64,000 nt of DNA from Eledone cirrhosa. Its lineage: Eukaryota. Positions 57,626-64,000 of this stretch are shown piece after piece. The notes under the pieces are model-generated. The model was not told the origin of the DNA and made no database searches. It saw only the letters and a program-made list of their open reading frames with translations. Where the stretch lies: assembly GCA_964016885.1 (NCBI GenBank), contig OZ024754.1, positions 43,400,001 through 43,464,000 on the forward strand, given 5' to 3'. How positions within the stretch are numbered: the stretch's first letter is position 1; every line of letters starts with the position of its first letter. A program made the position numbers and the translations under genes.

Positions 57626-58933
57626 CATACACACACATGTATGTATATACATACACACATATATATATATAGAATTGTCGCTCTAATTTTTTTCAATAAT
57701 ATCAGTTTGACGAATCAAAGAAAGGAGAAAAAAGAAAAACAGACCCTCAAATATATTTTCCGTGTTATTTCCAATATCCCCCCCCCCCCTTTATCTCTTT
57801 CTTTCCTTCTCTTTCTCTCTCTCAGTTACACATAGCTACACACAGTTACAAATGGTTTCAAGATAGATACACGTCTAAACCATCTGGTGCATTTTATCAA
57901 ATGCTCCAGATGATTTAGACGGGATTCAGTGTTGAAATTGCAGTAAAAATAACAAAAAAATAAAAAAAGATTAAAAAAAACAAACAAAAAAAAACAAACA
58001 AACAAGCAAACAAACAAAAAAACAAAACAAGAATACTAAACAAATCCGTGCTGAATAAAAGCAAATAATTAGCAGAACTTCTATTAGAATCAGTTTTCCG
58101 TGTAAATTCCTGGAGTCCTGCCACCCCGAACCAACACATCTATCATCCCAGCTACCGAATCAGAATCACTCAAATTGGATTTGTTCTTTTTGTGGTAACT
58201 ACAGGGTAATGCTTTTCAATTCTGTCCACTACACATCACCACCGCCGCCATCACTACCACTACAACCACCGCTACTACCACCACTAGCACCCCCCACATA
58301 CAAACACAACCACCACCATCACTGCCATCACCAACACCAACACCACAACCACCACCAGCACAACCACCACCACAACCACCACAACCACCACCATCACTGC
58401 CATCACCACCACCACCACCACCACCACCACCACAACCACTACCACCACAACCATCAGTATGATCACTACTAACACCACTACCAATATAATCCCCACCATC
58501 ACCACCATTACCCTCCGCCGGCCTCTACGACCCCCCCCCCTACCCGACTGAACGCTGGTGGTGCCAGAGTTAGACACTCGTGTTTACAGTGTGCTCCTCC
58601 CCTCCCCCAGCGGACCACAATACGGAACACTGACTTCAGTGGCCACATACTTAAACAAACAACAACTACAACAACAACAACTACAACAACAGCTACAACA
58701 ACAACTACAACTACAACAACAACAACAACTGCAACAACAACTACAACTACTACAACAACAACAACGACGATGACGACGGCAAAAGTAACAACAACAACAA
58801 CAACAACAATAACAACAGCAACAGTAGTACCAATAACAACAACAGTAGTAACAACAACAGCAACAGTAGTAACAACAACAGCAACAGTAGTAATAACAAC
58901 AGCAACAGTAGTAACAAGAAACAACAACAGCAA

Positions 58934-59215
<282 letters not shown>

Positions 59216-59413
59216 CTTCCTCTATATCTCTTTCTCATTTCCTCTCTCTCACTTTCTACCTTTCTCTGGAAGAAACCTCAAATCTGCTCTACCCAGGCCT
59301 GAAGAAGTATAGGTTCTGCCAGGCTTCAAATGTCCAAGAAATGCTGTATGTCAATATGGCGTCCCTACGACTCTATCAAGAGTTACGAGACCATATATAC
59401 ATATAAGTATGTA

Positions 59414-59456
<43 letters not shown>

Positions 59457-59472
59457 CGTTTAAGAATCCCCA

Positions 59473-59515
59473 GTCACTGAAGAGGTCACAGAATGTGTGG
59501 CGAAAGAACTTTGAC
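59473..59515 (+). ncRNA. Minimal type I hammerhead (family E)
   Basis: gtca-CTGAAGA-g-gtcaca-gaatg-tgtggc-GAAA-gaac-TT-tgac. Stems I and II pair, and the motif begins ~20 bp after a (TA)n tract. Confidence 0.72.
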
Positions 59516-59658
59516 AATATATGAACAACCGTCCGGTTGTGGAACCAACCAACCAACCGGAAATTTATAAATTTAATTTATAATAAATTGGAGTGAAAGC
59601 AACTGGTGCGTGTGTTTCTTATTGGCAACATGACCCTCCCAAAGTATAACAATATATA

Positions 59659-59720
<62 letters not shown>

Positions 59721-59748
59721 AATGTATGCATATATATATATATATATG

Positions 59749-59822
<74 letters not shown>

Positions 59823-60268
59823 CAGATACACAGATACACACACAGTACCATAGAGTCAGTCACTTTGGGAATCTAAGACTCTGTCCCACAAGACCAGTGT
59901 TGTTCTAAGTTAATTAAATCTCAGAGATGCAGTGGAACGTGATGATGGTGGTGGTGTTGGTGTTGGTGGAGGTGGTGGTGGTGTGTGTGTGTGTGTGGGG
60001 TGATGACTGGTGGTGGTGGTGTTGGTTGTGGCGGTGTTGGTGGAGGTGGTGGTGGTGTTGGTAGAGGTGGTGGTGGTGTTGGTGGTGGTGGTGTTGGTGG
60101 TGGTGATGACTGGTGGTGGTGGTAGTGGTGGTGGTGGTGGTGATGATGGTGTTGGTGGTGTTGGTGGTGGTGTTGGTGATGATAATAATATTGATGATGA
60201 TGATAGTAATGGTGGTGGTGGTGGTGGTGTTGGTTGTGGTGGTGACGATGATGGTGAAGATGATGATA

Positions 60269-60313
<45 letters not shown>

Positions 60314-60976
60314 GTGATGACGATGATGATGATGGTGATGACGATGTATGGTAGTGGTGGTGTTGGTATTGAGGAAGCCGAGGAGGGAGAAGAAGTTCTG
60401 ATTGGTGAAATATTCTAAGAAAGAACTATTGTATGTAGAGTCCCGAAACCATTTAACAGTGAAAGAAGCCATTCTCTCCATTGGAACTGAGTTTCTCTGC
60501 TCTTTTCTAAAGCACCATTAACAGAACTCTCTCATTTGTTATCAGTGGCCAACAACCGAAATATTTCTTTTTACTGATCTCTTATCTCTACTAATGCTTG
60601 TTGTAGTTGTTGTGGTTGTTTTGGTTGTTGTGGTTGTTGTGGTTGTTGTGGTTGTTGTGGTTGTTGTGGTTGTTGTGGTTGTTGTGGTTGTTGTGGTTGT
60701 TGTGGTTGTTTTGGTTGTTGTGGTTGTTGTGGTTGTTGTGGTTGTTTTGGTTGTTGTGGTTGTTGTGGTTGTTGTAGTTGTTGTGGTTGTTGTGGTTGTT
60801 GTTGTGGTTGCGGTTGTTTTGGTTGTTGTGGTTGTTGTGGTTGTTTTGGTTGTTGTGGTTGTTGTGGTTGTTTTGGTTGTTGTGGTTGTTTTGGTTGTTG
60901 TGGTTGTTTTTGTTATTGACAGGAAAAATTATGGCTATGTTTCGACAAAATCTTTGCTTTACAGCATAGAGTTATA

Positions 60977-61126
60977 CCCCTTTACGTTCTGAGTTCAAAT
61001 CCCACCGAGCTTAGCTTTACTTTCATCCTTACGGGGTCGATAAAATAAAGTACCAGTAATGCACTGGAGACGATTTAATCGACTCCACCCTTTAAATTGT
61101 TGGACTTGTGCCTAAAGTAGAAACAG
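60977..61126 (+). mobile_element. Cephalopod-type SINE fragment
   Basis: tttacgttctgagttcaaatccc...tttcatccttacggggtcgataaaataaagtaccagt...ttgtgcctaaagtagaaac. A further 3' fragment lies at 62505-62592. Confidence 0.7.
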
Positions 61127-61772
61127 TTGTTTTGTGCTTCTTTCAAAAAATATTTTGCCAATGCAGATTCATGTGGGACAGAACGATAAGAGCTAAAATC
61201 TTGTTTATTTGATTAATGTCGTAGTAAATGTAAGGCAAAGGGGTTTGTAAGGAAAATTCTGTGGAGTGGGAGAAAACAAGAAAGATGGGTGAAATATCAA
61301 CCTTTCCAAACGGAGGGAAGGTGGTTAACCCGTGAAAACGACCATTTTTTGGAAGCTAAGACAGTAATAACAACAACAGTAGCAACAACAAGAACAGTAA
61401 CAGCAATAGCAAAGACAACAACAGCAGCAATATCAACAGCAACAACAGCAATAGCATAGAGGGACTTTAAGCTAATATGTGTTTTAAATTGTTTCAGTCA
61501 ATTTTGTTTTAATAGGAGCAATATGTAGAGGAACTTTTGTTTCATGTAGTTATAGACGGACAGACAGACGGAAAAACAGACAGACAGACAGACAGACAGA
61601 CGGACAGACAGACAGACAGACAGACGGACAAACAGACAGACAGACAGATACTGACGGACGGAGAGGTAGAAGACACATGTCTATTGAGATACACAGCTGG
61701 CTGAACATAAAACAGACGCACACACATACAGTTGCACACACACGCACACACACATATATATATATATATATG

Positions 61773-61837
<65 letters not shown>

Positions 61838-62223
61838 GCCATAAACATACATACATACACATCTTACATTATGCAGGTGTCATCGGAATTAATAGATAGC
61901 TGAGAACACCATGTGGAGTTTGTGTATATAGAGTGTATAAAACATTAGTTATATAAACCTGGGAGCGTAAAGACGTTAATAGAAAAACAACAGCAGCAAC
62001 AACAAGTAAAAATACAACATTAAAATAATATGAACATGTATCGTTTAGTAAAATATAGAGTACCCCTCACCTCTCCCTTAACCCTACCACCACCACCACC
62101 ACCACCACCGGCAGTACCTCCACCATCACCTACACCACCACCGGCAGTACCTCCACCATCACCTACACCACCACCACCGCTACCACTACTACCACTAAAG
62201 ATCCGAGCATTCCACACTCCTTA

Positions 62224-62506
62224 AATTATTCTCAGGGAGATTCAGCAGGCTAAATTGTGAAATAACTCTGGCCTTTTTGAACTATAGGTATAGATTTTCT
62301 TGTAGTATAGTGGAAGTAGCTGAGACATCCACAGACACGTGTAGCTCTGAAATTAATTCTCAGGGAGATTCAGCATACTAGATTGTATAACAAGGCTTCA
62401 GTTTTTCTTGTGGTATAGTGTAAGTGCCTGAGCATTCTACATACACGTGTACCCCTGAGAATTAATTCTCAGGGAGATTCAGAATCCCAGATTGTGTAAT
62501 AAGGCT
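62224..62506. repeat. ~110-127-bp tandem repeat, ~2.4 units
   Basis: aatta[t/a]ttctcagggagattcag recurs at 62224, 62351 and 62460 with alignable downstream sequence. Confidence 0.8.
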
Positions 62507-62844
62507 GGTACCAGTAATGCACTGGTGTCGATTTAATCGACCCCCCTCCCCCCACTTCAAATTGCGGGCTATGTGACTAAAGTAGAAACAATTATTTTAT
62601 ATTTGTTTCTATATACACGTGTCTTTCTATATACACGTGTATACGTGTATATAAAGTGAATGTATGTATAATATAATATATACACCATCACCTAGACAAA
62701 TATATGAATATTAGATCAGAAGTAATCATAACTAATTAACTAATAAACGAAATTTCATTGCACAATGTGTAGACGTAGTTAAACATACTAGAGGTTTCAC
62801 AGAGTCACGTGGATATATACACACACACACACACACACATACAT

Positions 62845-62880
<36 letters not shown>

Positions 62881-63402
62881 GTATGTATATATGTTATATC
62901 AGTTCTTTAGGAGACCCTAAAACTCATCACCCACTGGCCAATTCTAAAAGGTGTTTAGAGGAAGAAAGAGAGAGGTGTATGGGGAGAAAAGAGGGAGAGA
63001 AGGAAGCGGTGACGGAGGGAAGGAGAGGGGGGGGGTAGATGTAAAGAGGTAGAGAACATTGGTTAAAGAAGTTAGGGTAAAGCACACATCACATCATTTA
63101 TGAAAGTCTCTTTAATACTTTCTCTCTCTCTTTCAGTACCCTCTCTTACTATCCCTCCCTCTAAAACCAACAGACTCCCCCCACCACCACACAGGACCCC
63201 CTCCACACACACAGGCCCCTACAACCCCACACACCCCCTCACAGACCCCTACACACGTGTCCAAATAGAAAACCTGTCACGACCAGAAATCCTTCGCTTC
63301 TGTCATTTCGTTTCATTTCTTTCGCCTTCTTTTTGCTTCTTCTTCCATACTTATTTAAACATATGTAATGGAAGAAATGTTTTTCTTTCTTTTGTTTGTA
63401 TC

Positions 63403-63435
<33 letters not shown>

Positions 63436-63614
63436 ACACACACACACACACGTATGCACACACCCCGCAGGCGGTTCCCGCTCGGCAGCTATCAATTAAA
63501 AGTCTTTTAAGTTTCGGATCTCACACTGTACAACTCTTCAGAACTAATCAGAGTAGAAGTATAACGCTACATTAATGCATACACCTACACACACGGACAC
63601 CATCTCTCTCTCCC

Positions 63615-63716
<102 letters not shown>

Positions 63717-63818
63717 AAGTAAGTAGTTGAAAATGCAACTTGAGTCTTGCAGGTTTGTTTACAATAACTTATAACTTTACCGGTTTCACAAGTTTTGAGA
63801 GATGGATTGATGTGTGGC

Positions 63819-63884
<66 letters not shown>

Positions 63885-64000
63885 ATTCACTGTTTTGTAA
63901 TAATTAAATGCGCGGATTTGTTCTTTGAAATTTATCATTGCGCTTATTTTGGGAAACAAGACGGATGTTCGAGATTATCTCAAACTTGACATCTATAACT

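Noticed and set aside
59270-60540. Short open frames at 59270-59400 (+) and 60372-60481 (-) as host exons
   Set aside because: No recognisable protein similarity or clear splice-site pair. They cannot be excluded without RNA-seq.

Overview
Gene-poor, microsatellite-saturated animal genomic DNA, dominated by (TA)n, (CA)n, (GA)n, (GGT)n, (GTA)n and (ATGGT)n. The SINE sequences and repeat landscape resemble an octopus or other coleoid cephalopod (inference from remembered repeat consensus, not from a search). Nearly all ORF-track entries are microsatellite artefacts. The one real intact CDS is a 1181-aa RTE-clade LINE ORF (45239-48784, minus strand) with APE endonuclease, reverse transcriptase and three C-terminal C2H2 fingers. 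A short ORF-less derivative of this LINE lies at 3147-3316. The main hidden signal is in the short unique islands between (TA)n tracts. They carry about 10 type I hammerhead ribozyme motifs with full cores (CUGANGA...GAAA...UH with closing stems), plus decayed and partial copies, in several sequence families with compensatory base changes. Several sit in fold-back palindromes (29341-29445, 34288-34404, 11997-12121 and a perfect 698-bp palindrome at 40062-40759). This pattern suggests (TA)n-associated non-autonomous Penelope-like or retrozyme elements. Also present are decayed CRE, CR1-group and RTE fragments, two hAT-Charlie-type MITEs with 8-bp TSDs, tRNA-derived SINEs, minisatellites and a ~1.5-kb tandem duplication. 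All structures were folded by eye; no search or folding program was run.
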